A stretch of 62,105 nucleotides of DNA, the filler included, from Chiloscyllium plagiosum (lineage: Eukaryota), in the NCBI RefSeq assembly GCF_004010195.1. It is 4 parts of one record of this genome, joined end to end, with 100 filler letters (N's around TTAATTAATTAA, not from the genome) between each part and the next. Parts side by side here need not be neighbours in the genome. Positions count along the whole stretch, not along the records: positions 27,552 to 53,638 come from NC_057717.1; 3 more parts are not named here. One strand, given 5' to 3'. Below are positions 40,481 to 53,738 of the stretch, in pieces. The translations under genes were made by a program, and so were the position numbers. The notes beneath the pieces were generated by a model, which saw nothing but the letters and a program-made list of their open reading frames with translations, had not been told where the DNA came from and made no database searches. The stretch's first letter is position 1. Each line of letters starts with the position of its first letter.

Positions 40481-42110
40481 TGCAAATTGGGGCAGCAATA
40501 CAATGTGACTTCCGACTATTTCACATAACAATGCGTGCATTATCTCTGAGAAGAACTACATTCTTACTATATGTTTGGAACTAAAATATAAACTCATTAC
40601 AACACTATATGATACAAAATAAAAGAAAACTACATGTCATTTTATATTGAACAGAGAATATTTGCCTCATTTTTGTACGATCACAATTAAGTATTCAACG
40701 TCAGTATTCAAATGAATACATTCTAACTCTAACATTTCGAAAGCTGTTTGCCTCTCAACCATTACATATTCACAGTGAGCAAACAATTCAACAATCAAAT
40801 CGATTTAGCGTTCTTATGAATTAAAATATAATTAACAAGTTTAATTTCTCACTGAAATGTATGAGCTTTAGCTAATTGTAAACAATTTAAGAATGACAAT
40901 TATTAAAAATGCACTTCGCATATTAATCTTCGTTAATGATTTGTGTTATTAAATGGTATTTGTCACGAAGCCAAAGCATGTATATCCAATTTAAAATGAA
41001 CATTGTTTTCGGAATATTGAAGTAAACACAAATTGCAGGGTCAGCTGCCCAAATGGAAGGGCTGGGAGATGAGCTGTTACAAAATGGATACATGCAACAA
41101 TTGGCTGTTAAATGGATACCTGAGTTTTGACAACAATCCAAATTTAACCAAATAGTTAAGCTATGCCCGGGATACTAAAACCCAATCGAGTTTGAATTTA
41201 TTGTTTTGATGACATCAGACCAGTGACAGGGAACGATGTTGGGGGTATAAAAAAGAGTGGGCATTTTAAAAATTGGTTAGAGCTACTGTCACGGAAAAAC
41301 AGAGCAAAAGCTGTAGAGTCAAAGGGCTAACTACCTATCTAAAATCTTGCTCTCAAAGAAATCAGAGAGCAGTCTATCAAAAAAATACATTTTGCTGTAC
41401 AACATATTCAGAGTAAAAAGAAATAAGTCGAGAGTGTGGTGCCGGAAAAGCAGAGCAGGTCAGGTAGCATCCGAGAAGCAGCAGAATCAATATTTCGTGC
41501 AAAAGCCCTTCCTCAGCACAACACTCTTGACTCAAATCTCCAGCATCTGAAATTCTCACTTTCGTTCAGTAAAAAGGAATAAGACGACCCAGTGAAATCA
41601 GTGGGTAAGAGATTGAATACAGCAGAGAAGGTAGAGACAGTGAAGACATGTGATTAAGTTAATGCAATATTTATTGTGTGTTATTGGAACAGCACGTCAA
41701 TAGGGTTGTGCTCAGTTAAGGGAAGCAATGTTCAGTTTCTTAATAGTTTTCTTCGGAATGAAAATTGTTACTTTTCTTTAAATGGTGGCAATTTGGTGTT
41801 CCCTTTTAGTCCGTCACACTTCGACCAGATGACAAGGTGAGGCGAGCGTTTCTGTGTGTTTATCTTTATTTAGTAGTGGCTCGACCTCTGCATTTTAACA
41901 GATTGAAGGCTCGTCTGGGATTTGGACAGGTTTGAACGGAATTGGGGGACCAAAGCTCCCAGCAGATTTAAACACTTGGTGATTAGTGTCGTAAATCTTG
42001 AAGCAAAACGTACGTGAAATAATTTGTTTCATGTTGATTACACGTGGTCGGTTAAATTAAAAGAGAGGGAAATGGCTCTTAACTTTGCTAAAGAGGTTCT
42101 GAGGTTTGAA

Positions 42111-42581
42111 GATGCTTCCCAACTTTGCCAAGGAAGGTTAGAAAGACAGAGGAAGGATATTATTTTGGAATTAGCAACAGATTAGAATTGGATTTAACCA
42201 GGGACATAAGGAAATTGAAATGGACTTGGTCAAACACTGAGGTATATCAGAGAAACAGAAGTGCAGCAGAGTTAGAAAAACGTAAACTGTGAATGAGCCA
42301 AACGGAATGGGAAGACAAAAGAAAGGGAGAGAAGGATATTAGCTGAGATGCTTCCCAACTTTGCCAAGGAAGGTTAGAAAGACAGAGGAAGGATATTATT
42401 TTGGAATTAGCAACAGATTAGAATTGGATTTAACCAGGGACATAAGGAAATTGAAATGGACTTGGTCAAACACTGAGGTATATCAGAGAAACAGAAGTGC
42501 AGCAGAGTTAGAAAAACGTAAACTGTGTATGAGCCAAACGGAAGAGAAGAAAAAGAAAGGAAGAGAAGGATATTAGCTGAG
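42111..42581. repeat. 236-bp tandem duplication in gag
   Basis: gatgcttcccaactttgccaagg at 42111 and 42347; near-identical units. Confidence 0.9.
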
Positions 42582-44490
42582 CAAAAAGAGAGAAGAAAGA
42601 AGAGAGAGAGAGAAAAGGAGACTGAGAAGAGATGGAGTAAAAGACTGAAGAGAGAGAGAGAAAAGGGAGAGAAGTTTCTTAGCTGAGCAAAGAGAGAGAT
42701 GAAGGAGAAAGAGAAAGGGAGAGAGTGTGAACTTCAGTAGTTGCAAATTAGTCAGGGAAATCAAGTTCAGAGGATGGAAATGAAGTCAAGAGAGTTTATT
42801 CTGCTGGAGGGGTCTATAAACACATTTCCAGAGAACTTATGTGATGAACAGAAACTTCAAGAAGTGATAAGAGTAGCAGCGATGACCGAGAAATGTGCAT
42901 TGATGCATGACGTGAAATTTATTTTCTGACACGAATTTCATCCGTGTGAGGGATATCAGTTGGAAGCAGGCGACAACCTTCACTATAAAACAAAGAGTTG
43001 AGCACATGTAGAATAGTTCTCCATTGGCGATAAAAAGAATTCCAAGAAAATGAAAGGCCTTAGATGTGTCCACGGTGGTAAGATGGGACACGTAAAGGCA
43101 CAGTGGTGGTCATGGAAGAATGACATTGTGGGAAAATATGTGGGGAAAGATGCTAATCCAATGGTATGAGGGCAAGTAGTAAAGGAGATCCAAAGAAAAG
43201 CCGAGCAGCTGCAGGAGAGTGAACAGCCTTGGCAGGGGTGGGATATTGAGTTAGTTGCTGATCTCTGTAAAGACTTTATCTTTGTGGGAAAAGTTTACTC
43301 AGGAAGATCAGGAAGAGAATGGAAATTAGTTATTATTTCATGAGGTATGGGATCTGGTCAGTCTCTGATACGAAGAGAAGAAAATATGTTCACGCTTTCC
43401 GACATGTTACCCGAGAAGGTAATAATCTGTTGAATAGATAGGCAGAAAGTTAGCGTTCCCCTGTGTAAGATCGGGTTGGAGAGCCAAATCAAGACGGGGG
43501 AAGTAACTGCAGGAGTGATTGACAGAATGTCAGTTTCAGGAATACAATTTGTTCTTGGGAATTACTTAGCAGGATCCAAGGTGCGAATGACACTCCTTGT
43601 AATGGAGAAGGCAACGGAAGATCAGGGAACTAAGGAGATACCATGGAAGAATGCCATGGAAATTTTCCAGACTATGTCGTAGTAAGAAGCCACTGACATA
43701 AGTTACAGCAAGAAGGAAAGACGAAGAAGGTGAGGTTCAGTTAGCTGACACCCTGTATGATGTAATGGTACAGGAAAACCCTTAACAGGCAGTGGGTCAT
43801 ACAGAAGTGTTTAGTCCAGAAAGGCTAAGAGACTTGCAACAGAAAGATGAGAAGTTTTATATTATGACGCCAACTCAGAAAAGGAATAAGAATATATTCC
43901 TGAGGGTTATTATCTTAAGGATAGAACCCTAAAACAGAAGTGGAGACCCCAGCAGGTTATTGCAGAGGAGAAATGGGCAGAGGTGCACCAGATTGTGTTG
44001 CCTGTAGCATACAGACAGGAAGTGTTATAGGTAGAACATGAATTACCAGAAGGAGGTCACCTCGGTGTAAGGAGGACTCGGGCTAATGTACAAAAGCACT
44101 TCCTTTGGCCTGGTATGCTCAATTATGTGGTTGAATATTGCCACACATGTTATACATGCCTAATGGTAGGTATGCCACAGGCAGTAATAAAATCAGTAGC
44201 TTTGTTGCCAATTCCCGCATTTGAAGAATCTTTCACACGGGTTATGATTGATTTTGGAGGTCCCTCCCTAAAACTAAAAGTGGGAATCAGCACTTGCTAA
44301 CCATAATACAGACGTCTACTAGATTCCAGAGGCAATTCCATTACGGAGTATTAAGACAAAAAGGATGGTGGAGGAGTTGGTAGCTTTCTTTACCCGTTAT
44401 GGGCTACCTGGAGAGATTAATTCAGGCCAAGGGTCACATTATACTTCTGAGACGTTTAAGGAAGTCTTGGATAGCATACGACACTTTAAA

Positions 44491-44708
44491 CTACATAGAC
44501 ACAAGGACTGCAGATGCTGGAAACCAGATTCTAGATTATAGTGGTGCTGGAAAAGCACAACAGTTCCGGCAGCATCCGAGGAGCAGGAAAATCGACGTCT
44601 CGGGCAAAAGCTCTTCATCTGGAATCCTGGTGAAGAGCTTATGCCAGAAACGTCGATTTTCCTGCTCCTCAATGCATGAACTGTTGTGCTTTTCCATCAG
44701 CACTCTAA
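44491..44708. mobile_element. Palindromic Penelope pLTR insertion in the integrase
   Basis: Inverted arms centred near 44623; flanking direct repeat catac(g/a)acactttaaa at 44475-90 and 44709-24. Confidence 0.8.
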
Positions 44709-46324
44709 CATACAACACTTTAAATCAAGTCCGTACCATCCAAAATTCCAGGGAGCCTTGGAAAGGTGGCATTGACCCTGAAGACAATGTACATTCAGGA
44801 TAGACTGCATGATTGGATCAAGGTATCGAACTTGTATGGATTGCCATGAGAGATGCCCCAAATGAATCTACTCGGTTTACTACCTTTGAGTTAATAATTA
44901 GGCAGGAAGTGAGAGGGCCCGTGAAACTAAAAAATTAATAGGATCGAAGTCAGAGATCTTACACTTGGGTTATGTAGCAGTGGTGATGGAACAATTAAAT
45001 CGGGAAGGTGAGTTAACTAAACAGCACCTGAATAGGGCACAGCGTAGAATGAAGCAGTTGGCAGATAGAAACTATAAAATTCAGACGTTTTCCCAAGGAG
45101 ATGATGTATTAGTATTGTTTCCAATAGTAGGAGATACCTTCAAAGGCAGGTTTAGTGGTCCCTATCAAATTGAGAAAAAGTTGAGTCAGGCAAGCTATCT
45201 GATAAAGATGCTGGACAGAAAAGAAGCTGTATTGGCCATGTCATCTAAATATGTTGAAACCTTACTATAATAGCGACAGGGAATTGGAGAAGCAGGTGTT
45301 ATTTATTGCTCTGCCGTGTGAAAGAGCAGATCCAGATTTAATGGAGTTTGATGTGCCTCAAAGTGCGTTAAATAATGAGGAAGTCCTTAAAGTATGGGGT
45401 GAGAGAATTAGCTATCTGTCTCAGGAGCAAAGAACACAATCGAAAGTTTTGTTGCAGCATTATGAGGACATATGCAGGAATAAGTGTGCATGAGGTGGAA
45501 GCAGGGAATGCTGTTCCAATGAAACAATACCTTTACTGTCTTAATCATTTCAAAGCCCAAAAGGTCCAGAAGGAAGTGAATGTGATACTCAATTAAGACA
45601 TCATCGAACCGAGGCAGAGTGGAGTGGAGTTCGCTGATCTTGTTAGTTCTCATAGCTGATGGAACTCAACAATTTTCTTTTCAACGACGTAACAAAATCG
45701 CTCTCATAGCCAATACTGAGTTTGGAGGACTGTACAGAGAAAATTGGAAAAGCCAGTTGCATCACAAAGTTGATTTACTGCATTGTTACAAACAGGCATC
45801 TTTAATAGAGAAAGCGAAAGAGGTTTCTGCATTTGTTAACCCAAATGGACTGTATCAATTCAAAATAATACTCTTTGGAATGAGGAGCACACCAGCCACA
45901 TTCCAAAGACTCATGAACAACCTTGTGGCCGGATTAAGAAATAACCTGATGATGTGGTGATCTTTAGCCATTCATGGAAAGATCACATGTGACAGTTGGC
46001 AAAATGCTTTCAGTGATTCCTAAAAACAAAGCTGGAAATAAACTTAAAAAAAAACATAATTTGTGACATTCTTGGGACATAACATCGAACATGGAAGGAT
46101 GATTCCAAGGAACGCGTGGATGAAAGCAATGGAGGAATTTCCTTGAGCATGGTGCTTCGACTTTTGGGACTGAGCAGATTCGACCGGAAGTTTGTTTCAA
46201 ATTTCAGCAGCATGGGGACACTACGGGCAGATTTACTAAAGAAGAACATGGAATTTCGTTGGACAGAATAGTGCCAGGAGGCATTGGAAAATTTACAAGC
46301 TATATTAACAATCACATCAGTTTA

Positions 46325-46820
46325 ATATCATTATATTTGCAGACATATATTTGCAGATACATTCTGTTTTGCTCAAAAATGCACACACTGCAGGCAGTCA
46401 AAGAAGGCAGTCATTGCATTAAATATTTTGTTAATTCCGCTTTGGAAATAGAACAAGGCTAACTCAAGACTGGGACACAGACAGACTCTGACTTCACATC
46501 TTTAATGCATTGTCTGAGCTGAGATGTCACCTTTTGTTGTAAAACGTCAAGTTATCCTGAGAAGATGACTTAAATGAAGTTCTGGGATTTACATATTAAT
46601 GAACCGAAAACTGCAACCCATTCTAAAACATGAAAGACTTAAAAATCCAGGTTTGTTCAATATACTATTTCAGTTGGATGTCAATCTAATATTTGGCTCT
46701 AAATTTTGTGTCTTATGACCTTACACTCCACAAACACCTGATGAAGGGGCAGCGCAATGAAAGCTAGTGCTTCCAAATATACCTGTTGGAATATAACCTG
46801 GTGTTGTATGATGTTTACCT
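46325..46820 (+). mobile_element. Penelope-like 3' fragment with degenerate hammerhead motif
   Basis: cctgatgaaggggcagcgcaatgaaagctag at 46737-46767; same family as 59945-60620. Confidence 0.7.
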
Positions 46821-47142
46821 TAGTAACTTCAGATAATGGTCTTTTCAAATCGAATATGACAATTTCTCTCATCCTTCCTTTATCCTGAATTCCAGTTATG
46901 ATTCTATTTATTGATAATTTTATTGATATTCTTCGACAAAGTAATGCATTGTGTGTGTGTGTGTGTGTGTATGGGTCTATGTGGTTATGTTTGTATGCAT
47001 ATGTATCTGTGTCTGCCTCTTTGCGTGTGTACCTGTGTATGTATGTGTTATCTACGATCAATTGCAATTGGACTGAAATGAAAGAATGAGAAATTCCATA
47101 TGATTGAGGAAATGTACGAAGACTCCAAGCTGTCTGATATCA

Positions 47143-50100
47143 AAGAACAAATAAAATTACAGCACAAGAACAGGCCCTTCGGCCTTCCAAGCTTGCACCG
47201 ATCCAGATCCTCTACCTAAACCTGGCACATATCTTCTAAGAGTCTGTATCCCTTTGCTCCCTGCCCATTCATATATCTGTCTAGATACATCTTAAATGAT
47301 GCTATCGTGACCGCCTGTACCATCTCTGCTGGCAATGTGTTCCAGACTCCCATACCCTCTGCACAAAGAAATTTTCACGCATATCTACCCTAGACTATTC
47401 CCCTCTTACTTTGAACTCGTGACCCCTAGTAATTGAGTCCCCACTCTGGGGAAAACAAGTCTTGCTTTCCATCCTATCTATATCTCTCGTAATTTTGTAG
47501 AGCTCAATCAGTTTCCCCGCTCGACCTCCATCTTTCTAATGACAATAACGCTGATCTACTCAAAATTTCTTCATTGCGAGTACCCACCATACCTGGTGAA
47601 CCTCTTCTGCACCCTCTTCATAGCATCCATATCCTTTTTGAAATGTGGCAGCCAGGTCTGTAGGCAGTATTCCAAATGTGGGGTACAAAAAGTCTTATAC
47701 AACTGTAACATGACCTGCCAACGCTTGTACTCAATACCTCATTGAATGAAGGAAAGCATGCGATATGCCCGCTTGACCACACTGTTCCATCTTCAGGGAA
47801 CAATGGACCTGAACATCAGAAATCACTGAACATCAATTTATCCCAGCTCTTTTCAATTTTCTGTATATTTCGCTCTTGAATTATATCTTCCAAATTGCAT
47901 CACCTCACATTTGCCTGTTTGAATTTCATCTCCCATTTCTCTGCCAACTCTACAATCCATCTATATTGTTCATTATTCTCTTACAATCCCCTTCACTATC
48001 TGCTACTCCACCAATCTTCGTGTCATCTGCAAACTTGATAATCAGGCCATCCATACGTTCGTCCAGATCACTTCTGTATATCGAAAACAACAGTGGTCCC
48101 AGCATGGATCCCTGTTGAACAGCACTGGTCACAGGTGTCCATTTTCAGAAACTCCCTTCCACTACTAATCTCCGTGAGCTGTGGCTCAGCCACTTCTCTA
48201 TCCATCTAACTAGCACAGCCTGGACCCTATGCGACTTCACTTTCTCAATCAGCGTACCATGGAGAACCCTGTCAAACACCATACTAAAGTCCATGTATAT
48301 GACATCTAATGACCGTCACTCAACAAGCAACGTTGTCACTTGCTCAAAGAATTCTATTAAGTTGGCAAGACATGACATTCCCTACACAAAACTATGTTGC
48401 CTATCACTGATAAGCACATTATCTTCCAACTGGGACTACATCCTATCCCTCAGTATTTTCTCCAGCAGCTTCCCTGCCACTAACGTCAGGGTCGCCATTC
48501 TTAAACAAGGGAACACCATTAGCAATTTGCCAGTACTCCGGGATTTCACCCGTGTGCAAAGATGCTGCAAAGATATCTGTTATGGTCCCACCTGTTTCCT
48601 CTCTCATCCAAGATCCCATCCGGACCTGGGAACTTGGCCAGCTTAATGCCTTTTAGAATAACCAACACTTCCTCTCTCCTTATTTCAACTGACCTAAAGG
48701 AATCAAGCATCCGTACTTAATCTCAACATTTCTTCTTGGTTAATACCGATACAAAGTGCTCATTCATACTCTCACCCATTTTCTCTGACTCCACGCATAA
48801 CTTTCCTCCTTTGTCCTTGAGTTGTCCAACCCTTCCTCCAGTTACCCTCTTGCTCCTTATATATGAATTAACGTCTTTGAGATTTTCCATAATCATGTTT
48901 GCTAAATATATCTCATGACCCCTTTTAGCCCTCTTAATTCCTTGTTTCAGATTGGTCCTACAACCCCGATATTCCTCCCAAGCATTGTCTGTCTTCAGTC
49001 GCCTAGACCTTATGTACAGTTCCTTTTTCCACTAAGCTACTCTCACAGTTTCACCTGTCATCCATGGTTCCCTAATCTTGCCATTCCTACCCCTCATTTC
49101 CACAGAAGCATATGTGACCTCAACGCTAATCAACCTCTCTTTAAAAGCTTCCCACGTATAAAATGTGGATTTACCTTCAAACAACTGCTCCCAATCTATA
49201 TTCCCCAATTTCTGCTGAATTTTGGTATCGTTGGCCTTCCCCCAATTTAGCACTCTTCCTTTAGGACAACTCTTGTCTTTGTCCTTGCGTATTCTATAAC
49301 GTATGGAATTGTGATCAATAGTCCCAAAGTAATCCCCAACTGAAACTTCATCCACCTGGCCAGGCTCATTCCCCAGCATCAGTACAAAAATGGCCCTTTC
49401 CTGAGTTGGACTGTTTACATACTGCTCCAAAACCCCTCCTGGCTGCTCCTTACAAATTCTGCTCCATCCTGTCCTCTAATATTAAGTGAATCCCAGGCAA
49501 TGTTGCGAAAATAAAATCGCCTTTCACTACCACCATGTTGCTCCCACATCTTTCCATGATCTGTTTACATTTTTGTACTTTCATCTCATGCTCACTGTTG
49601 GGAGGCCCCAACATTGTTACTGCACCCTTCCTATTTCTGAGCTCTACCCTTATTGCCTCACTGTTCGAGCCCTCCATAGTGCCCTCCTTCAGCACAGCTG
49701 TGGTATCTTCTTTGACCCGTAATGCAACTCCTATACCCCTTTTACCCCCCTCTTCATACAGCCTGAAGTATTGATATCCTGGGATATTTACTTGCCAATC
49801 ATGCACTTCCCTCAACCAAGTATCAGTAATAGCAATAATATCAACTCCCAGGTACTAATCCCAGCCCTGTGTTCATCTGCACATACTACACTTCTTGCAT
49901 TAAAACAAATGCACCTCAGATAACCTGTCCCTTTGTTTTCATCAGCTACTCCCTGCCGACTCTTCCCCTTACTCACGCTGACTTCATTATCTATTTCCTT
50001 ACAGGCTGCAGTTGCTATTTCCTTAATATCGACTAACCTCCTCATTTGATTCCCATCCCTCTACCACATTAGTTTAAACCCTCTGAAGCAGCATTAGCAA

Positions 50101-51430
50101 ATGTTCCCCGAAGGACATTGTTTCCATTCCAACTCAGGTGTAGGCTGTCCAATTTGTAATAGTCCCACGTCCCAGATAAGCAGTCCCAATGTCCCAAAAA
50201 TCAGAACTCCTTCCTCCTGCACCATCTCTCAAGCAATTCTATTCTTTCATTTCTACTCTGACTAGCACGTGGCATTAGTAGCAATCCTGAGATTACAACC
50301 TCTAAGGTCCTACTTCTTAACTTGACTCCGAACTCCCTAAATTCTGTTTGTAGGAGCTCATCCTGATTTTTTAAACCTATATCATTGGTGCCTACATGCA
50401 CAATGAAAACTGGATATTCACCCTTCCCCTTCAGAATGTTCTGCACTCGGTACGAGGCATTACTCTCCCTTGCACCTGGAAGGCAACATACCATTCTGGA
50501 GTCTTGACTTCCAACAGAAAAATGCTTATCTACTCCTTTTACAATTGAATCCCCCATGACTTAGCCCTTCAGTATTTTTCCCGCCCTTCTGAACAGCAGG
50601 GCCAACCACGGTGTTTTTAACGGGGCTACTGCTGTCTTCTCCTGGTGAGCCAGCTCTCCAAACAGGATCCAAAACAGTATACCTGCTAAGGAGGGAGGTG
50701 AGCGCAGGGGACACCTGCAGTGCCTTCCTGCTCTTTCTCTGCTTTTGGTCACCAATTCCCTTTCTCCTTCAGCAATCCTAATCTGTGATCAGTTCACTGA
50801 ATGTGCTATCTAAAACCTCCTCCGCATTGTGTGTTCTCCAAGGTGAGTCCATCCGCCGCTCCAGAGCCATCATCCCGTCTGTGCGTTCTTCATAAGAAAT
50901 GTCTTTGGTGCGAGGATCAGGGATGTTTCCGAGCATGCTCAGGGCATACTGAAGGGGAGGCTGAACAGCCAGCGGCTGTGGTACACATTGATACCAATGA
51001 CATTGGCAGGAAACGTAACAAGATCCTGCAAGGAGAGTGCAGGGATATGGACACACGTCCTGCACGTGAACAGGGACAGCAGCTGTGTCCCTGAGCTCCC
51101 ACATTGAGCAAGTGGAGCATAACATGGCTCTGAGATCTCCGGCCACTTTTACTCTAAAGCTTAACTTGGTCTTAAGTTAGATATATGGAAAAGGAAAGGG
51201 TTTTCTTTAACCAATCACAGAATTTTAAAAAAGAAGAGAAGCACCTTATCAACACAGTCCAGAGTTCTTTTGCTTTGGTCAGATGAGGAGTTCGGGGTGG
51301 GAGACATTACACGTGTAGTGTCTCTCGTTCAAACGCTGTCCAAATATGTCAGATCACTTACCCTCTCAGTGCACAATTCGTCCTCTCCCACTCCGCTCCT
51401 CGCTCTCACCGCGGCTGCAAATGGAGGCCT
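47143..51430 (-). mobile_element. Near full-length degenerate CR1 LINE (ORF1 zinc finger and esterase; ORF2 endonuclease and RT)
   Basis: AMLCSTCSMWE; GDSIVKGVD..CCLPGA..VHVGTNDIG; CICFNARS; QYVNSPT..LGNEPGQV; QGSMLGPLLF..KFADDTK; 3' tail near 47143. Confidence 0.9.
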
Positions 51431-51829
51431 GATGCTCGAGGTAAGTCCGTTTTTGGTGGGAAATTAACCTTCCCAGCAACCCCCTGGTCCCAGCCCCTAC
51501 CCCACCCCACCCCCCCCCTCTCTCTAACTCCTCCCAAAAGATAATGCACAAAACATGCAAACATGTCTTTTATTCATGGATTGGCAAAGTGAACAAATGA
51601 CAATCATGGACCAAATAAAAATAATTTAATGGATATTTGCTGTGATTCTTGAATTACAAAATATTTGGATTTTTATTGAGAAAATAAATTCAGTTTTTTT
51701 TTTCAGATCTGAGATGGATACGTTTTGATCAGTATGTGATCATCATTGGTGATAAAAGCAGAAGTTGCTGGGAATGCTCAGAAGTACTCTCAGTATCTGT
51801 GGTGCGAAAGCAGAATCAATATATGGGAG

Positions 51830-52015
51830 GAGACTGACTCTGGCCAGGGTACTACGCTCATAGTGTTCAGGGATGTGTAGGTTAGGTGTATTAGTCAGGG
51901 GTACATGTAGAGTATGGGAATAGGCTAATGGGTCTGGGTGGGTTACTCTTTGGAGGGTCAGTGTGGGCATGTTGGGCCAAATGGCCTATTTCCACAATAT
52001 AGGGATTCGACGATT
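51830..52015 (+). mobile_element. SINE 3' fragment (HE1-like)
   Basis: gggatgtgtaggttagg..gggtcagtgtgggcatgttgggccaaatggcctatttccac. Confidence 0.7.
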
Positions 52016-53080
52016 CTATGCATTCTTCATAAAAAATGTCTTTGGTGCGAGGATCAGGGATGTCTCCGAGAATGCTCAGGGCATACTGAAGGGGAGGGTT
52101 TACAGCTAGTGGTACACATTGGTATCAATAACATTGGCAGGAAATGTGACAAGATCCTGCAAGGAGAGTGCAGGGAGATTGGCCTGAGTGGAAACGCAGG
52201 ATATCCAGGGTTGTAATCTTGGGTTACTCCTCGTGCTAGGTGGAAGTGGGATAAGGAAGATGAAGAGAGAAAACTTTAATATGTGCTTAAAGAACTGGTT
52301 CAGGAAGAGGGTTACAGATTTATGGCTCGTTGGGATTTTGTCCAGGGCAGGTGGGACCTGTAAAAAAGGACAGGGTCCATGTTAACTGGAGGGACACCAA
52401 CATCCTGGCAGGGAGGTTTAATGATGCATCTTGGGTGGAGTTGAATGAATAATGCAGGAGACTGAAAACCAGAGCAGCAGGACAGCAAGTGAGCTGAAAT
52501 TAGAGTTTAATAGAACAGACAGGCAGGGCCAGTCTAATGACTATGCTGATACCCAGCATGAGCAAAACTAATGTAGTGTACAAATTCCCATGCAGGGACT
52601 GCACAAAACACTATATATATCATATAGTGATAAATAATCACAGCAATTTTAAAAATGTGAGTGGAAATGATAGGTTCAGTATTATTGGAGATCAAAAAAT
52701 AAGAATGGAATGTGTGGAGTACGCCAAAAGTGTTAATGGAGATAACCAATCCAATAGAACTTATGTAAATGTCTTGTACCTAAATGCATGGAATATTTGG
52801 AAAAAAATGACAGCACAAACAGAGTTAAAAAGATACGGCCTGGTGGGGCTTACAGAAAGGTGGTTACAGGAAGGTCAGTGTTGGGAAGTTAAATGTCCAA
52901 GGGTACTCATTACTCAGACAAGAACGTACAGCAGATTGAGTTGCTGCATTGATTAAGAATGATATCAAGGCTGCACTAAAAATGACATTAGCACGAGGGA
53001 CCAAAATGACAAATCAGTTTGGATCCAAATAAAGCACATGGAAATAAACCTGCTTCTAGGAGTAATTTCATGCCTCTATA
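52015..53080 (+). mobile_element. Old CR1 ORF1/endonuclease remnant with a short Penelope piece (~52510-52620)
   Basis: VVHIGINNIGRK; VLYLNAWNI..LVGLTERWL; TNVVYKFPCRDCTKHYI. Confidence 0.7.
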
Positions 53081-53116
53081 CTCCCATACTCCAAATATAT
53101 TTTGAAAACTGGAAGG

Positions 53117-53638
53117 TTATGTTGCAAACGTTTCGTCCCCTGTCTAGGTGACACCCTCAGTGCTTGGGAGCCTCCTGTGAAGCGCTTCTGTGGTGTTTCC
53201 TCCGGAATTTATAGTGGCCTGTCCCTGCCGCTTCCGGTTGTCATTTTCAGATGTCCGCTGTAGTGGCCAGTATATTGGGTCCAGGTCTATGTGTTTGTTG
53301 ATGGAGCTTGTGGATGACTGCCATTCTTCTAGGAATTCCCTGGCTGTTCTTTGTTTCGCTTGCCCTATAATGGTAGTGTTGTCCCAGTCAAATTCATGTT
53401 GCTTGTCATCTGCGTGTGTGTCTACTAGGGATAGCTGGTCGTGTCGTTTCGTGGCTAGTTGATGTTCGTGGATGCGGATCGTTAGCTGTCTTCCTGTTTG
53501 TCCTATATAGTGTTTTGTGCAGTTCTTGCATGGGATTTTGTACACTACATTAGCTTTGCTCATGCTGGGTATCGGGTCCTTAGTTTTGGTGAGTTGTTGT
53601 CTGAGAGTGGCTGTTGGTTTGTGTACTGTTATAAGTCC
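53117..53638 (-). mobile_element. Penelope-like element GIY-YIG endonuclease and pLTR
   Basis: NVVYKIPCKNCTKHYIGQTGRQLTIRIHEH...AREFLE; hammerhead-like ctgaggg..gtcacc/ggggac..gaaacg with one core substitution. Confidence 0.92.
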
Positions 53639-53738
53639 NNNNNNNNNNNNNNNNNNNNNNNNNNNNNNNNNNNNNNNNNNNNTTAATTAATTAANNNNNN
53701 NNNNNNNNNNNNNNNNNNNNNNNNNNNNNNNNNNNNNN
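53639..53738. other. Artificial contig linker
   Basis: 44 N + TTAATTAATTAA + 44 N. Confidence 0.95.

Larger units (their letters stand above)
41140..46320 (+). mobile_element. Degenerate Gmr1-like Gypsy LTR retrotransposon (5' LTR, tRNA-Pro PBS, gag, protease, integrase, RT, RNase H start)
   Basis: PBS tgaaggctcgtctgggattt (41904-23) resembles the tRNA-Pro 3' complement; SGIQFVLGNYLAG; EYCHTCYTC..LPIPAFEESFTRVMIDF; FKGRFSGPYQI; SAFVNPNGLYQFKIILFGMRSTPATFQRLMN lies downstream of the integrase. Confidence 0.9.
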
